Shown: positions 11,690-24,640 of the stretch, piece by piece
Layout: the number at the start of each line of letters is the position of its first letter
Numbering within the stretch: the stretch's first letter is position 1
Assembly: GCF_018350175.1 (NCBI RefSeq)
Contig: NC_058368.1
Span: forward strand, 183,956,001-184,020,000
Source of the DNA: Felis catus
Lineage: Eukaryota
Length of the DNA: 64,000 nt
Direction: 5' to 3'
Notes under the pieces: model-generated
What the model saw: only the letters and a program-made list of their open reading frames with translations
What the model was told of the DNA's origin: nothing
The model's database searches: none
Position numbers and translations under genes: made by a program

Positions 11690-12250
11690 GAGTTAGAGAA
11701 ATCCAAAGAAAACTGGCTTAAAGAAAACCAAAAAGAAATTTATGGGCTTACATAAATAAGTCAAATGGCAACCTCTTGTACAGCTTGATCTAGAGCTTTA
11801 AGCAATGTCACTGGGGTTGAATTTTACTTTCTTTCATTCTTTAATTTTGTTTGCTCTGTCTTCCTTCCATACCAGGAAAGTTGCCAGCTCACCTTTCACC
11901 TCCCACCATCCTCAAGGTCACCACAATGAATAAAGCATTATGATTAGGAAAACACACAAAACTCAACGGACCACCTTCTCTCCTCCCAGTACAACAGCTA
12001 AATTTGCAGCTTTCATGCTATCCCTGCTTCAAGCAGTATAGCTTCTGTAATGTAATCGTCTGAACGGCCAGCTCTGAAGAGAATACCAGTCTTGGAGACA
12101 CAAGTGGGATTTGCATCGTCCAAATCATATGGACTAAGAGCAGGGGAGCTTTGATGAAAATAAGTAAGAATAAACAGTAACAACAGCAACAACAACAAAA
12201 CCCCAAAGAAAAAAAGGGTGAGTGTATGTCCAGTATAGCAAGTACAAGAG
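11690..12250 (-). mobile_element. Degenerate MLT1J/K-like LTR
   Basis: aactggcttaaa..aatttatgggcttacataa..cagcttgatctagagct..caatgtcac; ccaaatcatatggactaagag. Confidence 0.5.
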
Positions 12251-12734
12251 TGAAAGAAAGAAAAGACAAGGAAGGATGGGCGCTTTGCATTAAACTTTAT
12301 CTTGTATTTTATAACTAATGGAATAAAATTATAACATATCAAAATGACTAATTTTGCTATTGCCATAGGACCAAAACCCTCTGCTGAGTTATTAGTGAAT
12401 TATAGTCACTTAACTCAATGGGTTAGGAACGTCAAATACTTTTAACAAATGTCAACTTCATTGTGCTATGGCTCTGAAACATTTGCCTGGCTCCACAGGG
12501 TATGAAATAAGCTTTTCACATTTGGGCTGGAGTGCTGCTGTATGCAGTCAGCACTCAGTGAAACTTTACAGAATCTGCACATGGAATAAGAAGTTTCCTC
12601 ACTGAGACCAGAGAGAGAAAAAGAAGCATAACAAACTTCTCAACAAGGATCAAGAAACAGGTAACCTCAGGATGTGGACAAAGAAGTTGGCACACCACAA
12701 TTCAAACAGGGAAAGAAACTAACTTCCATTGAAG

Positions 12735-12950
12735 GCCTAATATATTCTCAATATCTTACCTACCTCATCTCATTTAACCCTCACAGCAGTCTTATGAGGT
12801 AAGAGGTTAAATTCAACTCTTACAAGTTAAAAGAGAGAGAGAGACAGAGAGAGAGAGGAGACTTATATTTACTAAAAACTTTTCAAATGTATTACTACTG
12901 GTAAGTTCCAAAACTGGTATTTGAGCTCATGTTCACATAAGCATAAAGCT
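12735..12950 (-). mobile_element. MIR
   Basis: atctcatttaaccctcacagcagtcttatgaggta..ggtatttgagctca. Confidence 0.65.
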
Positions 12951-15205
12951 CAATTTATAGAATTTCCAACTCTCTCCCTTCGTGGAGTAAAGTCACGGGG
13001 TACACAAAGCTGATAGCTTCTTCTACCTCCTAGTCTTTGTCCCTGCACCCACCCACTACACCAAGTACAGAGATGGGAGGTAGGAATTGAAATGGTTTGG
13101 GGCCCCAGAAAACCCTGGGTGGTGAGTGAAGAGTACACAGGTTCAAAGGGATTTTACGAAGTTTGCCCCGTGGCTACATCTCACTCTGATATTCCACTAA
13201 AATGTTCATTTATTTTTAATGCATTGTGGAATTGAATCCGGTCTGTGGTTGTTTTCAAGTCCTGCTCTCAATGAAGCTGAGAAAAGGGGCTACTCATGGG
13301 AAGATAATCACAACTCGGTTAGGTTGAAAACAGGAACTGGTTCTAGTTCTGAGAAGCAATTTATTTTGAGTACATAATAATGAGTATTTGTAATAATTCC
13401 ATTATAGCTTCACAAAGATATATCAGGGATAAATATAAGAAAAAACAGTTAATATTCATATGGCAGTAATAACAGTAATATAAGAAATAAATTAAAATTT
13501 ATAATCAAAAGCATAAACAGTGTCCATCACAAAAGAGGAGTTATTGGCTATATAGCCAGGGAGTTTTCTCATAGTGAATTATTGTGTTCAAATAAGCAGC
13601 AGGGATATAACCAGTTATGGTCCTATGTCTTATAAGACGGATTTTATCCCATAATCTACATTTACCTAATAGGGATATTTCTATTTTGTTTGATTAACCT
13701 TATACACATAAGATGTTCTGAAGATAACCTAAATACATGACAAAAAATGAAAGGTGTTTATCATAACTCATGGCAGTCTTGGGGCTAACATTTTCCAGCA
13801 CTTAGTAGGTATTCAAAAGATGGCAAGTATTCTTTACCAATACCAGGAGAATAGTCAAAAGTCAATCAAGAAACCTTTCAAATGTCAGAGCATCATTTAG
13901 AAGTAAAATTAGGGAAGAAATACAGATTTCTTCAAATTATAACACCCTAACTGTTCTGATGGTGTTTTTTTGTTTGTTTGTTTGTTTTGTTTTTTTTCCC
14001 TATCCACAACAATCTCTGAGAGGCTTATCTTAATTCATTATAATTTGGGGTTTTCTCCTCTCTCATTTCTTTGGGAACTTTAATAAATAACATCTATGAA
14101 AAACAGTTAAATATTTACTTAAAATGTGTCATTGAATAAAAATGAGATAAGAAATATTATAGGGATCAATCGTTCATTCAACATAAGGCTGTCTCAAATT
14201 ATATACACAGACAATATGGTTTTTCTCTTATATAGTAAATGGTGTCCCATAAACAGTTCCAACATTACATGAATAATATATTATGGCTCAAACAGCCAAT
14301 ACATTCCTTACATACTTCCTGTTAATGTTTAAAGGCTTTTGATAAAGGTGGAATTTGATTTGTTAGTTTTGTTATTAGAAAAAAGCAATTAAATAAATCA
14401 TACTGCTTTTTGTTGTTGTATTCCTTGTTTTTTTTTTTTTTTTTCCTAAGCATGACGTAGTACAGTGCTGGTTGGACACATGTAACATCTTAGGGGATGG
14501 GAGTCTAGAATGCCAAATCTTAAAAGAAGGACATGAAAGCCAGGTGGCCTCTAGCTCCAAGATCTAGTGCAGAAATTATTGGCTGAATGTCTGTTTGCAA
14601 CCTTAACTTTTTTATATTACATTTGTCATGAGTAATACATTTACTGGAAATATTTCAAAAATTATATACCTAGGGTATATACAAGCACCTGAATAAAATA
14701 GAAACAATGAGTAGCAACAAATTACTGAACTTAGAAAATGTCTCTTTCATCAAAAATACACTTATTGTAACTTTCTTAGAGACTGCACACTGAGATATAA
14801 AATATGTCACCCTAAATATTAAGCAGTTAACTCATATTCATCTTCATTGCTTGCTGTCTTTGATTATAAATTCCAAGATATCAAAATTCCATTGCTCCAT
14901 ATAATAGAGTGACTGCAAAGTTAAATAGCTATTATGTTTTCTGGTGATGACTGGTTATATTAGCCACACATTTAAAAAGCTCATTTTTAGTCTTCTTTAT
15001 TCTAAGAAGGTTGACTCGGTATTTTTTCTCTCTTCTTCTACAAATTATTTTATTAAAATGCTTGAAATTTTAGAAAGTATTTACTGGTATTTACAGATTT
15101 CAAACTTTAATAGGCAATTCAAACTGTATTGCTATGGATGTAAAAAGTGCTTAATATTTTAAAATTTGATTTGCTGCTCCCTATATATAAAGTACAACTT
15201 TATAT

Positions 15206-15241
15206 GAACGCACCTCAATTTTCAGAACGCACCTCAATTTT
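15206..15241. repeat. 17-bp direct duplication
   Basis: gaacgcacctcaatttt at 15206-15222 and 15225-15241. Confidence 0.95.
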
Positions 15242-17529
15242 GTTAAGTAAAACAAACGTCCTAATGTCAAAGTAGCAGGAAAGTATTAAGTGGAAACAGA
15301 TTTCCAAAATACATCTCCGTCTTTTCTTTCTACTTGTAATTTATTTTCATTGAATTTAATAATAAACATGTTGTTTGAGAAGTTGCTTATGTGTCAAGAG
15401 AAAATAACTGAATAGAAACTTAATCTCACTTAGTATAAATTAGACTCTTAAAATCTCTAGGCAGGAACCATTTAATACTTGGTTTTCCCTCTTTGTTTTT
15501 GTAAGAGAAAACTTCTATTTATAAATTTCATCATTAATCTACATTCTGGACCAGTGATTAGAATATTTCTCAGGTGAGAAATTGATAGATTTATAAATTT
15601 AATTAATAACCACACTTTTCCTGATGGTCTAATATTTCCTTAAACATTTCAGCTTCAATAGATAGTACTATTTGCTCATTTTCATAAAATATTGGAGCAG
15701 ATTCAATCCTGGGCATTCTGCCGGAACAATGGCCAAAACTGACCTTCAAAGATTAGAAGTGAACACTCACTACTTTTATTTTGAAAGTTGCTGCAGAACT
15801 TAGTCCACTCTCCTTCCTGTAATCAACAATTTTACTGCTCCAAAATGGTTGTTTAAAAGAAAAAGACAGTGGACAATGAGCAGAGCAGAGAATGCTGACA
15901 AGTGTTTACATGTAATGGTAGGCATAAGATAAGGAACTATCAAAGGGGTGAAGTCAAGGATTGAGATAACAGCTAAGAATTCGAGATTAGTGATATTAAA
16001 ACTAAAATCCCATATAATTCAGGGTAGAAGACAATGGGAAATTAAAATTCTGTTAAATACATAAATGTTGGTGATTATATTAAAAGGCTAGAAGTTGTAA
16101 AACCTTATTTCCCTGTTAAGTATTAATGTCCCTTCTTTTGGTAACAGACTCCCAATATTACTTTTGAAGAAACCACTTATCCTCCATTTTTAAGCCTTAT
16201 AGCTCAGGTTTGGCTGACCCCACACTTTGGCTTGACATAAAAATTCCCACTGGACAACAGATGTGAATCCTGGAATATATCCTAGAACAACTGGGTGTTA
16301 CAATCCTCAGCACATAGTAGTTGCTCATTAGATGGAAGCTGATGCTTTATTAGCAATAACATCTTTTTTCTATTCACCCAAATAAGGATTTACTGACATA
16401 ATGTATACATTTTTTTTGGTTTAGTGAATTGATGTTTTGAAAGTTTGCTTTTGTTTATCAAGAAGAGGGCAAAGAAAAGAAATAATATTACAGCATGAGA
16501 AATTTTGTTAAATGCTTTATATATATGTTAAATCATTTAACAGATAAGTGTTCCTTGATCATCTTTACATGATAAATAAAATGAGGATAACGTGATAAAA
16601 TATTCTGTATTTCTTACACTCATTCATTCATTTACTATCAAAATGAATGGAATCCATTTTTTCCCTTTTGAGAAGCTACTTTTATTAGCCTAGAATTTAA
16701 TTGAGCAAAATGCTGTTTCATCTGAGAAAGAGTTATATTCAATTTTTATAGTAGCAGTCAAATGAATCCATGTTCCTTACCATTTTATACTTGATAAATA
16801 GTTCAATTCCAAAGCAATTCATGAAGTAGAAATGAATACTGTCCATCCAAATATATTTATTTGGGTGTAAAGGCAATGTTCTAATTAGATTTGCCATCAA
16901 ATGAGTCTCTCTCTTTTCAGAGGAATCATCAACAAAGGGGTAAAACCATCTCAACTTAACAAACAATGCTAGAAGGAAAACTACCAAACAGAAATTGTGC
17001 AAAAGATTTAAAGGAGTTATCTGATGCTGTATATATTTTGTGAAAATATGAATGTTTTCTACTGCTGATGAACAGAATGGATTCAAATTACTAAACTCAA
17101 GGTTGACTGTGAGTTTTTTCTTAAAGCTAGTATGAACTTGAAAGAGAAGAAAAAGCTATACTTAAAATGAAGTAAAAAGTATCAATCATTTTGAAATAAG
17201 ACAATTATAAAAGAATAATTGTGTTCACAAGAATAGGTGTAAATTTCATACAACAGATCACTAGCATTCCTACCAAGTTACCTTTTGGGGTCTTACCACT
17301 TCTAGCTCTTTGTCTCCAGATAGATACATGAGAGGAAAATTAATGTTGCTCTAATATACTAATATATAAAAAAAACCAAGTTAAAATGTGGACTTATCTT
17401 CCAAATACAGAAACTACTGGGTTTTCCTTACCTTCTTTAAAAATATGTCTCCACTTGAGACACTCAGAATACACTGCTAAAGATCACCCCAAATTTAATA
17501 ACTTCATGTACTGCACCTATTAGGACTAA

Positions 17530-17824
17530 ACCATTTCCCAAACTGGATGCCACTGAATACCAGTTCCAGAAGATGTAAATAGGTCCACTGCTCAGAATTA
17601 GGCTCCATGAAGAAATTCTTTTGGGAAACCAGGCATCCTATCTTCCTTTGGCATGCATCAAGAACACTAGTATCTTACCAAGGCTCAGAATACCTGAACT
17701 ACTGTTGAATTGTTTCACCCACCTTTCTCAAACTTATTTTTACATGAAATATTTTTCCCCATAGCCTCCCTATTAATATCCTAATGAAGACAATCCCATG
17801 GAATATCAGTGGAGGAAATGCTGG
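17530..17824. mobile_element. MER103C-like hAT-Charlie MITE
   Basis: tttcccaaact..ccagttccagaagatgtaaatagg..tttgggaaac..ttctcaaacttattt..ggaaatgctg internally palindromic architecture. Confidence 0.55.
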
Positions 17825-18335
17825 CTTAATTATGATGTGAGCACATTCAGACAAGAATAAACTCTGTTAGGGTAACATTTTGTGACAGGTAAGATTTTCC
17901 TAGATTATATCACACTAAGATCCAGAATGTGGACAGTAATTATTGGATGGGGTTCTGTGAATCTAATAATATGTTAAAGCATTATTCGCCTTGTGAAAGA
18001 TTGAGAATAACTAAATTTCCAGTAATAAATGTATGTATGTAGTGTATAGTATATAGTATTAAAATAAAACAGACAAAATATATATAAACCCAATAGATTA
18101 TGATACATTTCAAATTCTCATTTACTGAGGAGTCTGTATAACTCCTAATCAGGAACACTGAAAAGAAATTATTTCAATTTTTGTCTAGATGCTCCCTCTC
18201 TCTTATCTTCTTTATATATATAAGGTCTACTAATTGTTCTTTCTGTCCCCCATAGTATTTTTGTCTTTTATCACCTATAAGAAAATTCTATCAGGATATT
18301 AATATCAATGTTATAAAATCTCATTTATGTTTTTA

Positions 18336-18551
18336 TTTTATCTTTTAAAAAATTTTAATGTTTATTTTATAGACAGAAAGACAGAGCACAAGCAGGAGAG
18401 GTGCAGAGAGAGCTGGAGACAGAATCTGAAACAGGCTGCAGGCTCTGAGCTGTCAGCACAGAGCCCAACATAGGGCTCGAACCCACAAACCATGAGATCA
18501 TGATCTGAGCCAAAATCAGACACTTAACCAACTGAGCCACCCAGGCACCCT
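18336..18551 (-). mobile_element. Can-SINE
   Basis: Perfect 16-bp TSD ctcatttatgttttta 18320-18335 / 18554-18569. Confidence 0.96.
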
Positions 18552-18679
18552 GACTCATTTATGTTTTTAAAACCAAATGTCTACATACACACGGAGGAAA
18601 AGAGAGAAATAAAGTTATTTTACATGATAATTTATATGTGTTTTGTAGCATACAATGCATGTATAGACATGTTTCCTTA

Positions 18680-18866
18680 AGATGCATGTGTGACATTATG
18701 TCCACCTCTACATACAATGACAAAACTCCCCTTTCTGAATATTCATCTTAACCTTAAATAAAAGGAACCCATTCACTCTTCTGGGGTTTGGGGGAGGCTC
18801 ACAGCTTTTAAAGTTTTTCCCCAGGATCCTTTTATTTGCTGCAAATAAAGTTTCCTTTGTGTAACA
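18680..18866 (+). mobile_element. Possible ERV LTR 3' fragment
   Basis: taaataaaagg TATA-like, then gctgcaaataaagtttcctttgtgtaaca ending in CA. Confidence 0.35.
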
Positions 18867-18911
18867 AAATAATAATAACATTCATTGTTGCTGTTCTTAT
18901 TTTTAAGCTTA

Positions 18912-19093
18912 CATTTTTTATAGTTTATTTATTTATTTTGAGAGAGTGAGTGGGGGAGGGGCAGAGAGAGAAGGAGAGAGAATTCCAAGCAGGCTCCGTG
19001 CTGTCACTGCAGAGCCCAATGCAGGGCTTGAATTCACTAACCATGAGATCATGACCTGAGCTAAAGTTGGACACATAACCAACTATGCCTGTG
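18912..19093 (-). mobile_element. 5'-truncated Can-SINE
   Basis: SINE body lacking the first ~20 nt; TSD tttttaagctta 18900-18911 / 19094-19105. Confidence 0.9.
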
Positions 19094-20438
19094 TTTTTAA
19101 GCTTATTATATGCATCTTCAAATGACCTCAAATTAAATTTATGGAATTGTTCCCAATAGTTCCATCTAAGGGTGATAATGAATGAACATAAGGATATATT
19201 ATATTCTTTTTAACAATCAGCACTTTTTTTTTATAATTTGGCAGTAAAACCACGGAATTTGAATTCTCCATGTATAACAATTGAAAAAATACATTAAGGC
19301 CTTGCTTTCATAATCACACTCCTTCCTGTAATATGCTGTGTAAAAGGCCTGCCCTCAGGTATGCGTCACCCCACAGAGGCTCCTAGTTTTAGTGGTTTGT
19401 CAGTGTGATTTGTCCTCCTTCATAGCCTTTGCATTCCTGTGGTATAAGACTCGTCTTTCTCCTTTGCTCATCGGATTTGGGTCTCGTGGTTGCAAGTGCC
19501 CCATGCTGCAACAGTGCGAGGGGTTTAAGATATTTGCTGTTTGAAAAGAATCATAATGTTCACATTTGTCTCTAACTGAAAAGCAGGTCTCACATATTAT
19601 GCTATCCTGGGTAATAGGATATCCAGGAAACACTACTGTACACGTTTTTTCAGAGGAGCAGTAAACCCCAGGTTTACTGTTTTATCAGTGGAGGTCCACG
19701 ACTCTCGAAAACTATGTCAGCATTGTGCTTTGCTTGAAGGAGATGGGCCACAAAGACTGCTAACACATATTTTTTAAAGTTTATTTACAGAATGCAATTT
19801 GGAAATTAAATATTTCCTATATGATTTCCTCTGTGGTTTGTTTTGACTTTCAGAATACCTAATACACTTCATCTGTCCCATGAACTTTGTAGGATATTTT
19901 GCAAAGGTAACATCTGCTGTTTGAAAAAGTGTAAACAAATATTTGGTGGAAAGCTAATGATTGAAATCATAATTTTCTTTGACTTCATTTGGAATGAATC
20001 TTAAGATTAATCTAGAAAGGAAGGATATTGCCTGAATATCAGGGCCTTTAGTCCTCACACACATGTTAATTCTTTCAACCACACAAAATTCATCAGATGA
20101 CTTCTGTGCTGATGCTGAAACGGCAAGAGAACCACTTACAATGTTTGTCTTCAGGTGGTTTCTAATTCAGTCAGTAAGGTATACGTGGAGGTTTCTAATT
20201 ACAAATACCAGGCAAGACCTTCAATTTGGTTTTCCTTACAAGAAGTTAGTTAGCCTTCCATGCTTACTTGTCAAAGTATATACATACTCTATCCCCTGTG
20301 TAATACATTATTTTAACTTAGGAAAATGTCCTCAGGGTCTAGATCTTACTTCATCAGGATTATGCAATTGCCTATATAACTCATGGCTCCAGGCATCTCC
20401 CAGAATGTACTTCAAGTCATAAATTAAACAATACACAA

Positions 20439-20440
<2 letters not shown>

Positions 20441-20477
<37 letters not shown>
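20441..20477. repeat. (CA)n microsatellite, ~18 units
   Basis: Direct observation. Confidence 0.98.
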
Positions 20478-20480
<3 letters not shown>

Positions 20481-21548
20481 AATTTGCCCAAGATGACAGA
20501 GTTATGGCTCAGAGCAAGAAAACTCCATTTCATACAGAAAATGGAGGCAATGACTGTATACTAGCTTTCCTGAAACGGTCATAAAAAATACTTTATATTA
20601 ATGGACAAAAAAGCCAGGAGTAATGTAGCCTCCTTTATTTTGACAGAGTGTTAATTTGGAAAGAGGAAGAATTTGCAAAAGCTTTGATGCTACTCTCTGG
20701 TTGTTTTCTAAAGTTCTTAGCGACACTTCTTGCTTTTATGTACTTTTTGCTTGTTTCCAGTTGATTTAACTACTGTATGAGTGTGCAGAGAGGTTAGTGT
20801 GAGTGGTCCCTGCAAGAAGAAGCTGCATTTCAGAGGTAGGAGGTAAAGGATCAAAAGAGCTCTGGCAGAGTTGTTGAAATGATCTTAGAGAAAAGCAGCA
20901 TCACCCTAGGGACCTCCTGCATGTAAAAGATGATATTAACATGAGAATCATAAAAAATAGATTTTAAAATTGCCTTTGGGTGCTAAATAGCAGAGAAAGG
21001 CGAGATGAAGGATTAAAAAGCAAACAGAAACCTAGATATCAGAAAGTCAGAGGAGGGAGAATAGAAGGGAAAAAAATGATTTTGCCAGAGGCAGCTGACA
21101 ATATGAGTTGGAACAGCAGGGGGAGCCATGGTATCGCAGTTGTCAAATCCCAGGTTTATGAGAGGTTTCAGATTTATGGTTCTAGCAAAGAGGACATGTT
21201 AGTGATTCTTACTTTTGTAAACAACCCAGCTACAGACACTGGGATGGAGTTTTAACAATCTGTATCTTCTGAAGCCAAAAGTGCGATCAGCATATCAACC
21301 GCTTTGGACAGACTTGAGTCTGCACCACATACATGTTTTAATGAATTTACCTCCTGGCCTGTATTTTTCCTCCTAAATTTATGGATTTGTATTTTGAAAG
21401 AAGTCATCCTTATCTTTGGTTAATTGAGAGAAAAAAAAAAAAAAACTTCAGCTACAGACAGGAGAAAACGTGCAGTGTGAAATACAAAGCCGAGGACATT
21501 TTTCTAAATACCAGAGATGGGTTATATAATCCTTACAAAAGTTTGTTT

Positions 21549-21574
21549 TTGTTGTTGTTGTTGTTGTTGTTGTT
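21549..21574. repeat. (TTG)n microsatellite
   Basis: Direct observation. Confidence 0.95.
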
Positions 21575-22011
21575 TAATTGTTTGAGCTTGCAAAGATGTG
21601 AATGACAAGATGCGGAGTGGGTGAATGTAGGCACATCAACTCTTCCATAATAACCTGTTCTACTTTTCCCTCCCAGCTCCTGTAAACAACTAGTGTCTCA
21701 GTCAGCCTGCTTCTTAAAAATAATTCAGTGTTTTATTCCTGTCTATATTCTTGCTTAAAATAGATGGCCAGGTTTAGGCATAGTAAATTGCGCTTCTGTC
21801 TCCTACATCCACCATGGTTTAATAGTTCATGGACACCAAGAAATCTGTCCATCTTCTTTTTAAGCTGCTAGAGCATTACTAATGAGTCAGTTACCCATAT
21901 GGAAATGGTAGTAGAGGTCGGAGCTCACAGGAACATCATACCTAAGGCATCTCTCGACTGAACTCTTACCTAAAGTGAAATGTAATTTCACGAATTTGTA
22001 ATTCGGTACAC

Positions 22012-22461
22012 TGTGTTAGTTTTCTAAGGTTGCTATACAATACCACAAGCTGCCACCTAAAAACAACAGGAATTTATTCTCTAACCATTCTGGAAGCTAG
22101 AAGTCTAAGGTCAAATTGTTGGGGGGCGGGGCTAAACTCCCTCTGAACGCTCTAGGCAAAGTCCTTCTTTGCTTGCTTCTAGTTTTGATGGTCCTGGCAA
22201 TCCTTGGCATTCCTTCGCGGGTAGACCATAATTCCAATTTTTGCCTCCACTTTCATATAACTCTCTTTGTTATGTCTCTATATTCCCTCCTCTTTTTATA
22301 AAAGACAACAGTCACTGGATTTAGGGCCCATCTAAACCCATCATGATATCATCTCAATCCTTAACAAATTATATCTGCAAAGACCCTATTTCCAAATAAG
22401 ATCTCATTTTAAATTTCTGGGTAGACATGAATTTTGGAGAGACACTACTCAATCCACTACA
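22012..22461 (-). mobile_element. Full-length MaLR solo LTR, MLT1B/C-like
   Basis: tgtgttagttttcta..aatttattctc..ttctggaagctagaagtc..tctgcaaagaccctatttccaaataag..actcaatccactaca; TG...CA ends. Confidence 0.9.
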
Positions 22462-22967
22462 AGCACATAACAAATGTACATAAAGATTGTTTTTACTGGT
22501 CTTGACTGGAAAAAATAATAACCAAATAGAATTATTTTGAAGATGCTAAAAGTGAGAAATAAGTACTTGAGAAAAAACAAATGTAAATATGCTCCCAGCA
22601 AGGACTTACTCTTTTTAATGAATTTAAAGTAGAAATAAAAATAGTTGGTTGTTATACATATAAATTGACAAACTTCACTGCCAAAGAGAAAATAATTTTG
22701 TTTGGGTAAATGCATTGTAATTGTACCCCTGAAACTGTACATGTATAAAATATAAAGAAAAGTTGTATGGAAGCCAAAAATTACAGATTTGCATTCTAGT
22801 ATTACTACACATTGATAACATAATGTATGCTAATTATTTATTCTTTCTGGTACTTTAATTCCTTATTTTAAAAATTGAATAGATACTAATATCTTTGGTA
22901 TTATCAGAAAATGTATGGACATAAAGGTTAGAGGAGGGGACACTTGAAAAAATGGTAACTTACTTGC

Positions 22968-23003
22968 CTTCTTTTCTATACTTCTTTTCTATACCTTCTT
23001 TTC
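22968..23003. repeat. 13-bp tandem repeat x~2.7
   Basis: cttcttttctata repeated. Confidence 0.9.
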
Positions 23004-23329
23004 AAGTACTCAGGCTCATTCTCACCTCATAAACTAATTCATACTTGAAGGGTACACAAATAGCCGCTAATTTGTTATTTCATAAGATGATAATATGACG
23101 TACTTTTTAGGCATTGTCAAAATAATAATTTATCCTAAAAGCTTGCATAGAAATCATGATAACAGATTTTTTAAGGAGAAAAAAATAACTTCAATATAAA
23201 GGGTTTTTTTCCCATGTTACAAACACCCAGCTTACTGAATAGTTCTTATATTTGACAAATATTTATTGAATAACTAAAGTTATTGAACAACTGTACTCCT
23301 AGCACAGTAGACTTTAAAAACAGGGCTAG

Positions 23330-23925
23330 AGGAGGACAAGCAATGAGGAGTGTGGTATATAACATGGTATATAACATGAGGCTGGAAGGGTAGGTAGGAG
23401 ATAAACTACACAGAGTGCTATGAATGCAGTTAATTAGTCTTATTTGAAACCTAAGAGTAATAGGACAACATTAAAAGTTTTTAACGAAGAAGATGAAGTG
23501 CCCAAATTTGGCAGTGGAAAGATCATTCCATTGCAACTGAGTTGGAGCAAGACAATAAAAGATTTAAGTAAACCAGTTGGGGTAGGTCAAGTAAGGAGCT
23601 TAGACCACAAAGGTATGTATTTATAAAGTGGGATTTTTAATATTAGATATGAGCAATTAAGTAAAGATATGCAACCAGAATGACTCTAAGATTTTTGATT
23701 TGACCAACTGGATGGATGATACTGCCATTCACTAAGAAAAAAACACTGGGAAGAGACCAGGTGTTTGGTGGGGTGGGGGAATAATCATGTGTTAGGCCCT
23801 GTGGAAAATGGGGTACCTTTGAGATATCTCAAAGGAGATGTCGCATTGGCAAATGGTAAAGGGATCTGGGGTTCTGAAGAGAGGTCTAGACTATAGTTAC
23901 AAATTTGAGAGTTATTAATTTGATT
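23330..23925 (-). mobile_element. L2 fragment
   Basis: gaatgactctaagatttttg..caactggatggatgatactgccattcact..tttgagatatc..ctggggttctgaagagaggtctagact. Confidence 0.8.
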
Positions 23926-24174
23926 AAGATAGCTTCCAGTGCCTATTTGGAGGAAGAGAGAGCTCCAATGATGTAAATAAAGATATACCAATATGAAACA
24001 TATTAATCAGTGATAGCTAATACATGTCTTCATAAATGCCATTTGCCAATAATATGATTTAGATTTGTGAGGTGATTTAATGTTATAGATTATCAAAACC
24101 TGAATCAGTTGTTTAAGCAAATCAAAATTTCACTTTATAGTTTCGACCCTTTCCAAGTTGGACTAAATCTTTTT

Positions 24175-24640
24175 TTCTACACAGATTTATCAAAAGCCCC
24201 CTCTGCCAAGCATTCTGCTAGCCACTGACAACACAAGAAATCAATAAGACAGGTTCCAGCCAGTTCCCAGAGGCTGTAGCGAGAGATTCTACAAGGAAAA
24301 GTGTCACCGCAGAGTGGGGGAAGTGCTAGACTACATGTGTTAAAGAACCTATATTTATATATAGTATAGATATTTTGTGTGATATTTTAATGGGATTTGG
24401 CATGGAGGACCATGGAAGACTTGTAGAGGAAGTAATTTTTAGGCTGAGTCCTGAAGAATGAATAGAAGGAAGCCAAGCTCACAGTGGAAAGGAAGGTTTC
24501 CAAGAACATAGAAGAGATATTCAAAGGCTCAGAGTCAAGAGTATGATGCTTTCTGAGAAGTACAAGTACTTTGATAGGACTAGAGTGGGTGGAGGGCTTC
24601 ATTTCAACAAGCGGGTAGAAGTTAAATCATAAATGTTCAA
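24175..24640 (-). mobile_element. L2 3' fragment
   Basis: atttatcaaaagccccctctgccaagcattctgcta..aataagacaggttcc..ggctgagtcctgaagaatgaatag. Confidence 0.65.

Noticed and set aside
20063..20422. Longest ORFs (119, 117 and 115 aa at 20063, 12013, 16739)
   Set aside because: No recognisable domains or exon structure; the lengths are plausible by chance, and 12013 overlaps an LTR relic.
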